Positions 23,801 through 38,800 of a DNA stretch of 64,000 bases are shown piece by piece (the stretch's first letter is position 1; the number at the start of each line of letters is the position of its first letter). Below the pieces are notes generated by a model. It worked only from the letters and a program-made list of their open reading frames with translations. It was not told the origin of the DNA and ran no database searches. Made by a program: the position numbers and the translations under genes. Origin of the DNA: Hyphochytrium catenoides (taxonomy: Eukaryota; Protista; Hyphochytriomycota); the NCBI GenBank assembly GCA_900088475.1, contig FLMG01000742.1:3508-67507 (forward strand), in the 5' to 3' direction.

Positions 23801-26800
23801 ACACCTTTTTCAAACCCATACTTCAAAGCCAGACGGTCCAAGAGCGATACTACATCGGCTCCCGGAGAAAGGATGAAGTAGAGAGGTGTAGCTGGAGTCG
23901 AGTCCTGTTTTGAAAAGAGGCACAAGGATCACGTAGTACGAGGGCATCGTCAACAGTGCTCTCCTAACCATCGAGGAAAGTTCTATTTTACCTGAAGAGA
24001 TTGGTCAATGACTTCCTGGGCGCTAAGCGTACTGTCGCAATCGCAGTAATCTGACCCGTTCGGCAGGGCGCGGCGAATGAACTGACTAACTGCTACTGTC
24101 ATGCGGTCAGGCCGCAGGCAGCGGACCACCAACAGCTTCAGGAATGGGGTTTTGTCCAACCCTAACGTGATTAGGCGGGAACAAGGAAAGTTAGAAGTAA
24201 GACACTAAGCAGCGCCAGACAATGGAGCTAACTCCTCTTTTTGGTGTCCTGAGAACCTGAGAAGCTATGAGGGACTTTAATCTTTCCTCTCTCTATCTCT
24301 TGACTCCTTTCCTCTCTCTATATCATTCACCCTTCTCTTCTCATTCAGTTGCGCGGAACTCATTCCAGGTTGCTAGCACTTTTCATCTATTTATACCTGC
24401 CCAGTCTAGGGGGAGCTTCTCTTTCTCTGGAGTCACGAGGTTATACCACTCCCGAAAACGTGGCGCAGCGTCGACAAGATCGGAGGGGAATTTAGAGAAG
24501 TCATCCAGCTCTCCCAACGCTTGCACCGCACACCATTGCTGGGTTGGCAACCACTCCAAAGGATTTTCGACTCCCACTCGGCGAGGCCCCCGAAGAAGAA
24601 ACTGAAAGTACTTCTCGTCCACCTGTTCAAAAACGGGGAAAGCAAAGCACAGTACTCAGCCGAAAAAAGATCATCTGGCACCAGTCCAGAGAACCGCAGT
24701 AGAAAAGGAGACAGCACTAAGAATCACGAAGGTGGTGCCAAACAGTTCCATTGAGAACTGGAGTAGTTGAGGCATTAATTTCTACCTTGTACTCCTCTCC
24801 TAAGTTGCCTCTTCGCATAAGATTGAAGGTCAATTGTGCGAGAAGAATGAGCTTATGCGCTTCGAAGAGTCCTCTGCTAACCCATGTGAAGATTACAAAG
24901 CGCAGACTCTCCCTCAAGTTATGCACTCTTTCGTCCTTGCTCTCGGACGGCTGGGCTTTGTCGACAGCCTTGAAGAAAAAGGTGACGAAGGAATCGAGCG
25001 AGTAGCGATACATATGGTCGATGGTGGCAAGGGAGGAGAGAAGGAAATAGAGCATCGCGCCTTCAGAAGCAACGGGCCGATACACTTCTCTGGCCTATAA
25101 TAGGGGAGACACGAGTAATGAGTGCAACGACAAGGGGATAGAGTCTGAGAGCGCTGCTAGAACAACAACTCATTCCCGCAACCATCTAGCCACATAATGG
25201 ATGGTGTACCTTATTAATGGCAATCTCCGTTTCTTGCCCTTTCGCCACCGCCGCATTAATCTCTACAGACGCTTTCTTAGTTGCTTCCAAGCCCTCAATC
25301 AGAGGTATGTCTGACAGAATGTCCTCAGGAGCGTTGGCGAGCCTCTCAAGCAGCTGGTCCTCGAGCTCTACAAGCTGGATTTGATACTGCTGGAACGACT
25401 GCACTAGCTCTTGCTTGCGAGCCTCCAGGTCAGGCTGCTCCTTGTTCACCACCTACGGAATGCGACTTTAGCTGATGTTTGCATATGATGGGAATCGCTA
25501 TTACTGGCCGCCGTCAATCTTGTGTCTTTGTTTGTAACTTTCAGCGCTCCCCTCTCCTTATAATACCTTGGCCAAAAGCTGATCCTCCAGACCCCTCTCA
25601 GTGGCGATAAAATTGATGATGGTACACTGTGCAGCTATTTCAGGCTTATAGTGGGGGTTCGATAACTTCGTCTGAAGATAGAGTTTGAACTTAGGGTCAT
25701 ACTCAACGTCCTCTCCGCCTAGGCGGAGAAAGAGACCTCGCCCTTTCTTGAAGACTGCCCGAGAAATGACTGGATCCAAGGTGGCTTCAATCTCCTCTCC
25801 CATGTTTTCAATGATCACAACGCCTCCACTCGTAATAGCATTTGTCAATGTTCTTAGCCTGAACAGAGGAGGCAGGCCATGCACAAAGAAGAAGTGCAAT
25901 TAGGTTTCTGACAATCAAGCTCTGCGGTCCATACATAGCACTCACCAATTTGTCTGCGAAACCTGGATGATTGATAGGCCACTCTTTTCTTCCTTCTTTC
26001 TAAGCCATTTTATACCCTGAAGCTGGGGATCGATGATAAGCGGCCAACGCTTGCAATTGGTAATGATAGATCCGTTTTCCACGCTAATTCGATCGGCTGG
26101 TAGTCCGTCGCTCAGCATCTTGGCTGTCTTGCCCTCATTCGTGAGAAGTCGAAGAGGATCGGCACCTTCTGTAAGTGGAATCTTCTTTGCAATGAGGTCT
26201 GGCATCCACTGATTCTTCCAAAGCTCCTCGCGGAACACCTGCAAAATGGCATATAAGAAAGTATAGATCTCTCAGACAAGGGATCTCCAAGAAGAGGACC
26301 ATGGCAATGAACGAGGTCTAAGGAAGGTCTGCTCTCGTGGCAGCTAGAAGCACATCATGTCAACTGACTATGAAGTTGCGGAGACGTTAAACCATGTTAT
26401 GAATGGTTCTGACCTGATCGAAGGGGCCAATGTATGAGACGAACGCAGCGGCCAGTAGAGCGTCTCCTATGCCCATGACAATGGTCACGCGAAGAGTCGC
26501 TGTCTCGCGACCCCACCGTTCATTCTCCGAGCTGTATCAAGCAGGAGATTTGGGGAGGTGGAAAGGGCAGACTTTAGGTACCTGCACCTTCTAGGGTGCC
26601 ATGATCGCAATCTTACCTTAGGCCCTTCACCAATCTCTCAGCTAGACTTAGTCTTTCAGTGCATGCGCGAGCCTCGGCTTCCACTTTTGCCTTCTCCTCC
26701 ATAGCCTACAAGTCAATTCAATTGAGTCAGTTACCAAGGTCCTGCCGCAGCTTTGACAGAAGAGTGGATGGTTATGCCCCTCTCTTTGTTCTTAGTCTCA

Positions 26801-29800
26801 ATATCTTACCTGCTGCAGCGTAGCAGTCAGCTGTTCTAGACGCTCTTCTACCATCTTCACTTGTGCAGTGACCTTAGCCAGAGCTTCTTGGGCTTCGGCT
26901 TTATTCGCTCGCGCCGCTTCTAGACTATCCATTAAAGGCTTCACCTGTTTAATGAAGATGTTCGAAAACGAAGCATAATTAATATTTAGAGCCAAAACCA
27001 GCCGAGAGACAAGTGTCAGAGTATAGAACTATGCTTTACCTTCACATAGATTCTATTAAAGGTGTAGATATTGACTACCCAGGAGCAAAGAGAAGCGGCT
27101 GCAGCTGACTTTGAGGCCATATTTTCTGCAGTGAACTCGGGATCTTTTACCAGCGGTTCGATCCGCGCAATAACCTGCATCCCAACCAGATAATTATAGA
27201 AGGAAGAGGCGATGTGAGATGGAGATAAGGCGAGACATTCTGAGGCCCGAAAGAATAACTTGAAGCAGGATACCTCTTCAGGAATGTCTTCACCCTTATA
27301 CTTCTGCAGGCTCTCCTTAAACTTGTCAACCTGCGCCATCATCTTCTTTGCGCGGTCCCAGGAGTGGTTCTTGTACTCCTTCTCCACCATAATCAAACAT
27401 GCCGCGGTGACCTTGTCAACGCCAGCTGGGGGCTTTGGAAGCGACTTGAGCTCAGTGAGCATTGACTTGTCCAGGCAATCCACCGCTGAGGCTGCAGCGT
27501 CCATAGCCGGTTTTGCAGCCGAAAGTTCAGTTTCAGCTTGCTGCAGATATTGGCCAAGTAAGCAAGTGTTAGGCCACACAGGGAACAACAGGAGAGTATC
27601 CCAAAAAACAAGCCACCGCGAAACCATAAGAGATAGAGGATGTCGGGGCAATCTTCACAAGGCCGATGGAATGCAAGTCAAGTAGATACATATTCAGCAA
27701 CCTTTTCAATGACCGCTGCCTCATTCGAAGCCTTTTCAGCCTTGTCCGCCTCCTCACTAGCCATTTTCTTCTGTTCCTCGGCTGCCTCTTGCTCTTTGCT
27801 GATTTGTTCCAGCAGTGCGTTCGTTGCTGCTTTTTTCTCTTCCACCCGCTTCATTGTATGCGTTAGATCAATCTGCAGCTCGGCTACATCTTGGGCAGTT
27901 TTTCTAAGCGTAGAAAGACCAACATCCAGCCTATCTATGAGCCGTTGAACCTGGAACAGCCGTTACGGGAAGGGCCGCGGAGAGCAACGGAGACGTTATC
28001 GATTGCGATGCGAAGGGTCCATTACAGAACGGTATGCGTCACTAACCTCTCCTCTTTTTTGCTCGAGAAGGAAGCGATAGAAGACAATGAGCTCTAAGAA
28101 ACTCTTAGGCGTAACGTAATTATAGCGCCTCTCGGCCGCAAGGTAGCGTTGGCTAGCCTCTGTGACCTTAAGATGTACCTGCCAGCAAAGAGTCAGAGAC
28201 CTAGGTAAGTAGCCTCAGACCAACTCCTAAAAGACCCGCTTCTCCATACGTAGGAGGTGGAACTCGCAATACGAGACTTCGCACCTCTCAATGCATCACG
28301 GTGAAAGACAGGACAGTATTGTCACAACAACTTACGTAGGACATGTGCTTGGCAATATTGTCTCTGTTTTCGTCTCCCCCGAGGTCGAGATCCTGCAGAA
28401 AGCGCTGTGCGACGCTAACTAGCGCTTCTTCTGGCCAAGGATGGAACCAGTCGATCACAGTGCAGTTCACAAGGCCAGGGAACCGTCGGGCGCGGATACG
28501 GAAGGTGTCGCCCACTGGAGCAAGTCATTGTTGGCCGAGAATGAGATTAGAGATTGACCAATTCCGTCAGAATAGGAGGCAGCGCCTCAAGATATCATGC
28601 TTACCGGGAGAAAAACAAAGGATTACGTGCATGTTCGCCCGCACCCTTGCTATCAAGAAATCCATCATGGCGTCATGAGAGTCCGCAATACCTTCACAGG
28701 CAGGTGTGACAAAAAGCTGTCAATGCATCGGGCCCCAGCGAAGAGCACAAAGACTGTGCCCTTTACTCCGCCCCTACCTGCAGCCTTAGCCTCGTTCCTC
28801 AGGGCTCCCAAGAGGCCGTCAATCTCGTCTTTCGGAAAGAGATCCGGAATCCAGCCACTGTTGAGGAAGTCATTGATGTATACTGAGAGTGCATGCAAGA
28901 GGTAAGTGGAGAGTTAGTTGCGGCGGTCTTGGATTCCCTGAAATGCGTGCACCTTCATGGTCCAAACTACATGGATAATACGTCGTCGTGTCTTTGCTAC
29001 TTCTGCTGGTTAGCTTCACCTACCTAAAAACTTGTCATTGACGATCTGTCCGTCGGTCATGATCCAGACTAATGGATTTCCCTTCACTCCTGAAACTTTG
29101 TACATCTCACGCAGAGCCTCCTTGAGATCTTCGATCTATAATGAGAGTTAGTAGCAGCAATAGAAGGCCTTAGTCCACTTGCCAACGCCAAGTTGGATAG
29201 AAATTAGTCAATTCTCTCGCTCTGATTTACAACGAGGTATAACCGAAACGTGGCCGAGGCACAAGGATTCTACATTTCTCCTAAACTCCACCGCACCCTC
29301 GGATCCCACCACCGTTGGAACGCCTACCTTGAAGTTAGACGTTACAGAAAGCTGACGGACTTCATAGCCGCAGATGAAAGCTGCTAAACGGGAGAGACTC
29401 TGCTTTCCACTACCTCCGACGCCAATCAGTAGAGCGTTGCCGGCGGGATTTGCAATGATTCTTGCGATACGGGTAGTGTGCTGCATCGCCTGTTCAAACA
29501 GCACCAGATCCATAATACTCTGACTTTCATTGTATTCTTTCATCTTCTCTTCCAGTACACGACCCAAAGTTTGATTGTCACTGACTGCCAGGTACGCTCG
29601 CTCGGGTCCGGCAAGAGACGTGTGGAAAGAGGTGAAGATAATGGGCTCCGCTAGAAGCTCTTCTTGATTTTCCTCAGGGAAGTACTTCTTAAGAAGTTCT
29701 GTAAGGAGGTCCCTGAACTTCTTTATCTCCTCGCCATTTATGAGACGGTCGGAGTAGACCCTACACGGGACAAACGACAGTGACAAAGATATATGTCAAG

Positions 29801-32800
29801 ACCAGATTCCTTGTAGAGAACAAAAGAAGTGCAGTGTGATCAACTTGTAAGCTCAACTACTTTCAACGATCTATTTACCTGAAGCATTCATGGACCCAGA
29901 GGCGCATCAGCTTCCGAGGGGTCGTGTAAAACTCAGGTTTGGCAAGACAGACACCTTGGAAGATGTTCGTGATCTACGAGAACGTAGATTAGGAGAACAT
30001 GTGAGAGAAGAATGTAGGAGTACTACGGCCTTGAGGCGAATAGGATCCAGGACTTGGTAACTCTACCTCTCTCATATTCCAGTTATACACAAACTTCGTA
30101 GCGGAAGGAAGAAATTTTGCATTAATTTGTTCCTGGAGGGCCACAGTTGCTTCGGTAATCTTCTCGCCTGCCTGACAGACACTGGGTTGAAAAGAGGACG
30201 AGAAGTGACCTCTAAGAATCGCCTTGTAGATGCCCGCGAGTTCTCCGCCCCCAGGCATTTGACAAGCGAAGGTTGAAAAATGACGCTGCAGGCGCTCATT
30301 GACCACGAACGACCCTGCCGTCGGGTTCATCGCTGCGAGAGTGCGGAGAGGAGCACATGAGAAGAGGGCGTTGGCAGTAAGTACTTGAACATAATTGGAG
30401 TGAACAACAAAAAGTGTTGATGAATATGCTAGGAAGTGACTCAATGAGGAGCAGAAGATTGAAGGATGCATCGAGCATGCCTACTAGCAGATTACTGCTG
30501 CCGGTGTTGTTTACTTATCTTCCCTAGTCTCTCACCTGATACGTACTGAACGTCCACAATCTCCTTTCTAAATCCAAGGTCCTGTCTATCGAAGATAGTA
30601 TTATAGTCTATGTGTTGGCGGAGAAGTTCCAGCGCATTCTGTGTCCCGTATGTCTCCAGGTAAGGGAGGTTGAGGTCGTCGATGAAGTAGACCAGACGCT
30701 TGGTAGACGGTGGGCCGAAAATGCGCCCTGACCGCTTATCAATGGCCTAAAAGAGCAGAGAATAGCCAATTTTTTATCCATTAGGTTGCAACAGATCAGA
30801 AAACGAAAGAGAGTCTCTCTGTATTAGCACTATGTAGAGTGTCCTCTTGAAAACTGTGGACTTCCTCCAGGAGATACTCACCTGCTCAATTTGTCTCTGC
30901 AAGCTGAGGGAATCCGTGTAGTAGTTCATGTTGATTGAGGAGCTGAGCATGTTCTCATCCAGCTGCCGTAAAAAGCTTCGGATCATGGTGGTTTTGCCAG
31001 TACCAGCGCCCCCAACAAACATAACAGGTCTGCGCTTCTTCACGAGCAGAGACAGGAGAGAAGATAGTCGCACTGTTTCCGCAGTCTGTACAACGATGGA
31101 GGAGAAGGAAGTTTGTCCAGGGCCATTACCGATTGGTGTGTGAGAGTACTCTGGCACTTTGTTTGCCCAAGATTTGAAGGAGCCTGGTGACAGATGGGAA
31201 GAAGCGGGAGAAGCAGGAAGGAACCTTAGGAACAGCTTCACTAGCTCGCTTTGCATTCACTTGCCTTCCTTTGGCTCGTAATAGAAATCGAAGCACATGC
31301 CTCCTTCCTGGGGATACTTCACAGTACTAAATGTCTGTTGCCAGTTCTCAGAGAATTTTCTTCGGGAGTCTCCGCCTTTGTCAGCGATGAGAGGCCCGCC
31401 GAAGGCCCAGCAGCAGGCAAATACGAAGAAGTGCTCCACCAACTCCAGAGTCTTCAGCTTGGGTTCAATTGCCTCCAGAAGGCCCTCGAGAAGGTAGCAG
31501 ATTGTTGATACCTTCAGAGCGGATCAGAAGAGCATTGGTTAAAAGGCATCACAGCACAGGTCCAATCCTGTCAAAAGATCAGAGCATTCTGTCGCACTAT
31601 GCAGGCGTCGCCCGTGAGGACAGACCGTGAAAGTCAGGACACATGGAAAACTAGCCTAGATCTTCATTATGATATCATTCAGACATGAGGGGTAATGGCA
31701 GTACGACTGACTGAGGGCAGATCCGTCGCTAGGAGGGCCATACCTGGTTGATTAAGCGTAAGGGAGTCACTTTTTTATATCCCTTTCTAAGCATCTCGGC
31801 AGCATTGTCAATATACCTGCAACAGATGGCAAAATAGTGATATCAGACCTTTCGACCAAATGGTTGAACAGCACACTATAGAGAGTATCGCCACCCTGAA
31901 AACATAAAAACATTCTGTTTCGACGTAAGATTGAACTTACTTATCAAAAAGCGGAGGCAGCAGAGTCTTTTCAGCCTCATCTGGTCTCTTTAGCATCCAG
32001 CTGTCCACGAAAGGCCTCCAGCCGATATCGGTCTCATTGATATAGAGAATGCCAGCCCTGGATACCGTAGCGGGAGTAGCATTCTTCAACGAATTGACCT
32101 CAAAGATCATCCGCATGGCGTCGGAGAGAGGTATCCTCTCATTGGACACCAATGTGAGAACCTTATTGTCATCCATAACCGTATTCATGCTCTCAATCCA
32201 CACTGCGTCAATATCGCCATCTAGTACGACCCACTTGCTCTCTTGATATTCATGAAATCCCTAAAAGTTTGTTATAACCAAGCAACAGGATGATTAGAGC
32301 CAGACGAAGAGCAGATGGAGAGGCTTTCACAAGGGACGGAAGTAGTCTACGTACTTGCTCTGAGATGTTCTTACTCATTCCCCTCATTATAATGGACAAC
32401 ACGCCATCCTTCCAGTCCTTGGAGAGCGTCATGTATCCATACAGTTCGTCCGACGTGACTGCTTTGGGGTTAAGGGTCTCAAAGACACATATATTCTTAG
32501 CCTTTTGAAGGTTGTGGCAGTCCGCGAGAGTCTTCCAAATGGTAGTCTTGGCACAACCAGCAGGGCCTGCGCAGGATTTGTATTGATCTTAGCCGTACTA
32601 CTCGACAAAAAAAGAATACAGGCCCCTGGTTTGGGTGGGGTGTGCAAAAGTTGCATAACTAGAAAAGAATTGTAAGTTCAGCTCCTCCTGTTTAAGGCGC
32701 CTAGGCCGCCGGCCTTGGAGCCCGAAACATGTAAGAGACCAGAACCCATGAGGTCGACACAAGCCAAAAGTTAGGCGCGGCTTACCAAGCAGCATAACGG

Positions 32801-35800
32801 AGTGTCTGACATCCAGAAGCTCCTGGAATTGCGTGACTTTCAACACGAAACCGTCCTCAAATTGCAGACCCCTTTGTTTGCATACTTCGACTGTCTTCTC
32901 GCGTAAATGGTGGTTTACCTGAAACAGGAATTTGCAGGGACAGCGACGTTATCAGCGCAGTGCCCAGGAGAACAGCAACGCTCTATTGTAGCGGGAGAAC
33001 GCACCTTAGGTTGCACTTCGAGGCCAATGAAGAGATCTGAGATAAGTCTGAGGAAGATGGGAATATCGTGCTGCGGGATCTTTGGCGTGTTGAAATCTCT
33101 CAGTGCCCTCATAAGCACCTTATCCTCACTGGTGTCCGGCTCCGCACGCTTCAGCATGCCTGCAAACCGATCAAGAGTAAGGGTCAGCTTATATCCGCTA
33201 TGTAGCGATGTACCTTAAGTTCTGCTATGGCTGGTGGCATGTCTGTCTATTTCTGTGGTGCACATGACCTACCTGCCACCCTTAGTACTGATTTGACAGC
33301 CCGCAGGCCCCAGTCATAATGAGGTTGCTTTGACAGGAGTTCGGAGCTGAGCTGATAAAGCGTCACGAACTTTATCGCCAGCTTTCGCGCCATTTGGAAC
33401 CCTGTAGTAGGGCAGATGTTGCACGACAAAGGAGATGAGAATTGCTCAGGAAGATTGACGACAACAACCAAGGAACGTTGTGCTATTTGTTCTCTACGAA
33501 CAATACATGCTTTGCATTTAATAACAGAATAAGGTTACCTTCACTCATAAGCATATTCTCGCAAATAGGCTTCAGGTCCGGTCGAATCATGGCACAAGAG
33601 CGGAAGAGGGCCTTCAGGTTCTCTGGCAGCTCCGTTCTTCCAGCGTACCCGGGATTCATAGTTATAAAGAAGCCGCACGTAGGGATCAGAGCGATCACGT
33701 CTCCCATAAAGTCGAACGCGCCGACCTAGATGCCGAGGATTAGTTAACTTCTTACAGTACAGCCGAAGGATTTCCAAGGCACTCATTAAAGCATAGCTAT
33801 AGGATACTAACCCTAACTGAGCTCACAACAGAAAAAATGATGAGGGGAAAGAGCGCCGCAAAGCAGCTTTCAAAGGATATTTTACCTTCTCCGGGGGCGT
33901 TCCAGCAGCTACAGCCTGGAACTGAGGCTCACGATTACCGGGAATACTAAGCCGAACAATTGCGTCCTGACGGGAACATCGCGCAGAGGAGAAGAGACAC
34001 AAAGGGTCAGAACTACTAGGATCAAGCAAGGGCCTTCCTCTTCCTTTTTCCTTTCTCCATGATATAGGCACGGGGCATTGATCGCAAACACCTACGTCTA
34101 CTAACCTGCACAGTCTTGACCTGCGTGGCCACGACCGAGAGGACCTCGATATTGATCCTGTTGAACTCGTCAAAACAACCCCAGGTTCCAGTTTGGGCCA
34201 GCCCTCTGAAAATGTCCGCCATGGTCTGGAAATTCATTTGATCGGAACAATTGAAGACGTAACAGCACAGCGCAAGAGCCCGAGCCAGGTCTTTGGTAGT
34301 CTCCGTCTTCCCGGTGCCTGCCGAGAGCACCAATGGGGTTTAGATCTAGCAAGATAGGAAACCTAATAAACCATGACAAAAAGTACAGTCTCACAGTCAC
34401 CCAGACTAGAGGAGAGGGCTTCACGTTTCGTCAAGAAGAGTAAAATCGATGGAAAACGAAGCTCAAACCTGCAGGTCCTGCTGGAGCTCCTCCCAAAAAG
34501 AGTCTCAGCGCCATGGTTAGGGTGATATAGCAGCGGTCGGTCAGCGGCGTGATGACGAGTCTGCCACTGTTTCCAGTGTACTCATACGAGTACTTGCTTC
34601 GAAAATCGGTGATCTTGATGTTCACATCCCGCGTCTCTTGCTGCCAGTAGAATCGAAGCTGACAATAGTGATTTTAATAATTGGAAGAATGGCGATAAGG
34701 TTATAGAACGGATCACCCAAATTGTGCCCGTGATGAGGAACTGACCTGTTGTTGCCATAAGAAGGAAAGCGGGCCGGAGACTTTCTCGTCTACAAGCTTC
34801 TGGATGACATCTCGTCCGTGGACGTCAAGGGTGATGAGAGAAATAATCTTGGCCCGATCACCTATGTATGTCGCAGTGTGTCAAACGTTTATGCTAGTTC
34901 CAAACGTGTACATGTAGAAGGGATTGGGGGAAGTACTGGTGGCCTGGCTCACCTTTGGTCAGCTCTCCTAGAACAAGGTTGATGAGTGCCTCTAGTTGTT
35001 TATTGCAAATGTCAAGGTAGCGCTTGACACTGTCTTCCTGGCCGTTTTCATACTCTTCTAGCGCTCGCTCTGGGATGGAAGACGTCATTAGTTTGACGGG
35101 TATACATACAGCTGGTGGCCTCACAAGAGGAGTAGATTGGACCAGGACCCAAACCAGTGCGTGACAGAGCCTAGAGGTAAGAGCAAGCAAGAAGCTGCCT
35201 GTAGGCTAAGGTATGTGTAAAGCATCATTGTAACTCACCTGTCTCATCTGTCCAGCTCATCTGTGTTGCAGTTAGCACTACCATAGCAGGGTAGTCAAAG
35301 AGCCACTGGTGTCGAGGCTTGTCAAACTCCCAAGCTTGAGCAGAGTTCCAGGCCTCTGACATGTGATGCTTGATAGTGTTCTTCATGCAGTCAGTTAGCT
35401 GGTTCAGCCAGCTCTCTACGGCGCCTGACATAGTGAAGGGGGAAGGCATAGCCACTCTGATAGACCAGAGTTATAGGCAAGAATGGTGGAAGGGGTATCG
35501 TTAGGTAGACTGTTGTAGGGCCGGAGCACTCCAACACGTAAGCTACACGTAACGTAGCCTCCATTATATTCATCGCGCAAACATGGAGAGCGTCACTAGC
35601 TTTTTGCGTGTACCTTTCTTTATCTTTTGATATCATAGTATGGACCGTATTCGTCGAGCCCTCCTCATATTGAAGGTTGGCAAGAGAGTCATAACAGTCG
35701 CCCAAGTAGGGCATGATTTTCGGAGGATTATTGCCGTTGCTAAGAATCTCCAGAAGGGCCGCATTACTGACAAAATAGAACCGGGGGAATATCTTCTTCT

Positions 35801-38800
35801 TCATGTCAAGATACTCTATAGCGCGAACAGAAAGAAGGTCATTAGCGCATGTCCCCCTCCACGGACAATGGTGATTGATGAAGGAGGCCAAAAAGGAACG
35901 GATTGCATTGATAGCGTTATGAGTAAAGAGTAGTAAAGGACGTAGACAGAAGAGTCAGCCTCCGTCTTACCGTTGAGAGACTTCTGACAGAGTTCCAGAC
36001 GTGCAGTCAACCCCTTTAGCAGATCAAGTCTGCCCTCAACTTGGGCTGAGGCGAGTACTCCAGGGGTATTCACAGCATTCTTCATCAGATCCTTGAACTC
36101 CGTGTCAATACCTAGACGTGCGAGAAGCCGGTAGGTTAAGACAAAGCGTGTTACAACTAGTAATGGCGTTGTCTCCTACTCCACTGACCCACTTGATGGA
36201 TTCTTAGCAACTGCCCCCTCTTGCTCCCCCTCCTGGTCCCCGTTCCTGCTCACCTTCAAATCGCTTAGTGTCGTCGGGCAATTGACTTCTAATGTCCGCT
36301 GAAGCCAGAAATATGCTCTCCAAAGCGGCCCATTGCTTTGAAACGTGGACCCACTCCTTAACGACCTCTTCCACAAGTCCAAGGGACTGTTGCCAGAAGA
36401 GAACACGGTCTCGGAAGTAATCAACGAACTTGCCCATTCCGACGATGCTTTGGAGTTCGAGTTGATGACTTTCCAAGGACTCTATGACCTAGGGAAGATT
36501 TTGGTGATCAATGAACGGGCTGCCCAGTAGCTGACCAAGAACAGTGCTCATCTCACCTCTTCCGAGGGCTTGACTATCATGATCTCCGAATCTTTATGTG
36601 GGACGAAATCCAACTTTAGATCATTCCAAATATTCTCAATGTGCTTCAGCTTGTTCTCAATCTTCAGCTCCTTACTCGCAGTCTCTACTACTTCGCTGAC
36701 ATCATCCACGTGCTCGTGCAGCTTCAGAGCAAGCACGTCTGAAAATGAGAACTTGTGTGACAGGCGTTAGTAATGGTGATTTGAGTCTCTATCAAGGCAG
36801 ACCACAAGTTCGCGTGTAGAGAAGGCCGCTGCCAACTGGAGCTTTGAAATGGTGACCGAAGATGCCTTGTGTTCTTAGGTGTTCATATGTAACTGAAATA
36901 TTTACCTGTGGATCGGTAGGGTTAACCGGCTTGACCTTGCAAATGGTTGAGAGAGAACGCCAGTGTCTATCTCTCATAGCCGGTGAATGCAGCTCGTTGA
37001 CAAGAGGAAGCACTACTGCCATGTTCTTTACAGAATCCTCTAGATCTCGGTAAACCTGCCAACCCTTGATCATCTGCCCAATTCAAAAAGCAAGGATTTA
37101 GCTACATATAGGTCTTGACGTGCAGAAGGGCTATAATCATTTTGCAGGAGGCACAAAAGCCAAGGAAGCGGGCGAACGAGTTGTAGAATGAGGCAAAGCA
37201 GTAGAAATTGGAAGTAGGGCAGGAAGGCAGCGTATGAGCACTGAGGGATGGTGCTCAGCAGCTCAACAGGGTCAAGGCGCACCGGACTGATCCCTCCCTC
37301 TGCTCTTATCTGCTTCAGAAAGTTCTTTGTCTGGTCCTCAAAGGAGTCTGTGTCAATGTCATTCCAAAGAGTGCAGTTCCAGTCATTTAACGTAGCGATC
37401 ACTAAAGCCTGAGAACAAGTCACTTGTTAGTTGCCAGAGGTCCCTTCAACCAGAGCTAAAGGAAGTACCTTGAGGTCCCACATCATTTTCAGTAGCTGGA
37501 GCTCTTGATTCGTGTCAGAGATTTCCTGGTGTTTGGTTACCTAATGGTGCCCACCTCGGTCAGCTCAGTGTGGGTGCCCATCATCCCCGTACAAAGTCAA
37601 TAAAGATAGTGAACGTAAAACTGCCAAGAGGATCTTGGTTTGGAGATTACGGAGCATATTGCAGATGCCGGCAAATCTTCTCCTGGGGTCAGCACTCCCC
37701 CGTCCTCATCACTAGAAGTGAAGTGCCTCCTTGAGCGCCGCACATAAGTACATGTTTTCTCACCTGCAGCTCGAACAACTCCTCAAGTTCGTTTAGTTTT
37801 TTTGCTTGTCTTTGCTTTTCGCTAATGCTTCCAGAGTAATGATCCAGTTGTTTGTACGCCTCGTCCACAGGACCTTGGAACGCAAAGGGAGCGTTTGCTC
37901 TATCGTTGAAGAGAATATAAACGATAATACCGGGCTATCAGTGAGATGAAGACGTTGTCAGAGGTTCATGGAAAAGAGTCCTACAGACCTAAAGTTATTT
38001 CTGAGGGCTCGAAGAGATTCGAAAAACTGGTTCAGTTCAACCTTGAGTGTCTCCACCTCAGCCTAGATTAGAGCGGAAGGGACAAAACCGATGTAGTTAG
38101 GTTCAGGTTCAGGTTCACTAGGATGCAGACCAGATAGATGAGGGACATAGCTAAGAATGCGATTTTTGCCAACTCCCGGCTTCTCCGCTTATCATCGATG
38201 CCGCCTACCTGCTGCAAAAGTAAAATCTGCTCTTTCTTTTGAAACGTCCGGCTGACTACATTCTCCCAGACCATGGGAGCCGTCTCAAGGTAGTCTGTCA
38301 ACAAGTGACCCTGCACCTTGGCTTCTATAGGAGTGCCATGGGTTCTCAGTAGCTGTAAGGTGTCCTTGAGGGGTCCAAACATCTCAACTGTTGCGTCCAT
38401 AGCCTAAACATTGTACGGTGGTCTCAGCTATACTCCAGGCTGCAGGTAAAATCTTATGCAGGCCATAGAGCAGCGAGAGGCTCATATATAACAACATACC
38501 TTCCGAACATCTCTAATGTAGGTCATGACTTTCATTAACGACTCTTNNNNNNNNNNNNNNNNNNNNNNNNNNNNNNNNNNNNNNNNNNNNNNNNNNNNNN
38601 NNNNNNNNNNAAGACGTCCTGAATGTGGAATGGAGGAAGACAAGGGGTAAGAAGGAGGACGGCCACTCAGGCTGCCTAAGAGACTAAAGCAGAAGTTCTA
38701 TGACAAGACAAGCGATTACCCAGAAGAACCAGGGTCAACTCAGCATAGATTAAAGGCACATGGGCACATTCCCGTGGATAAGCAAGTGAAGAGCAGACAC

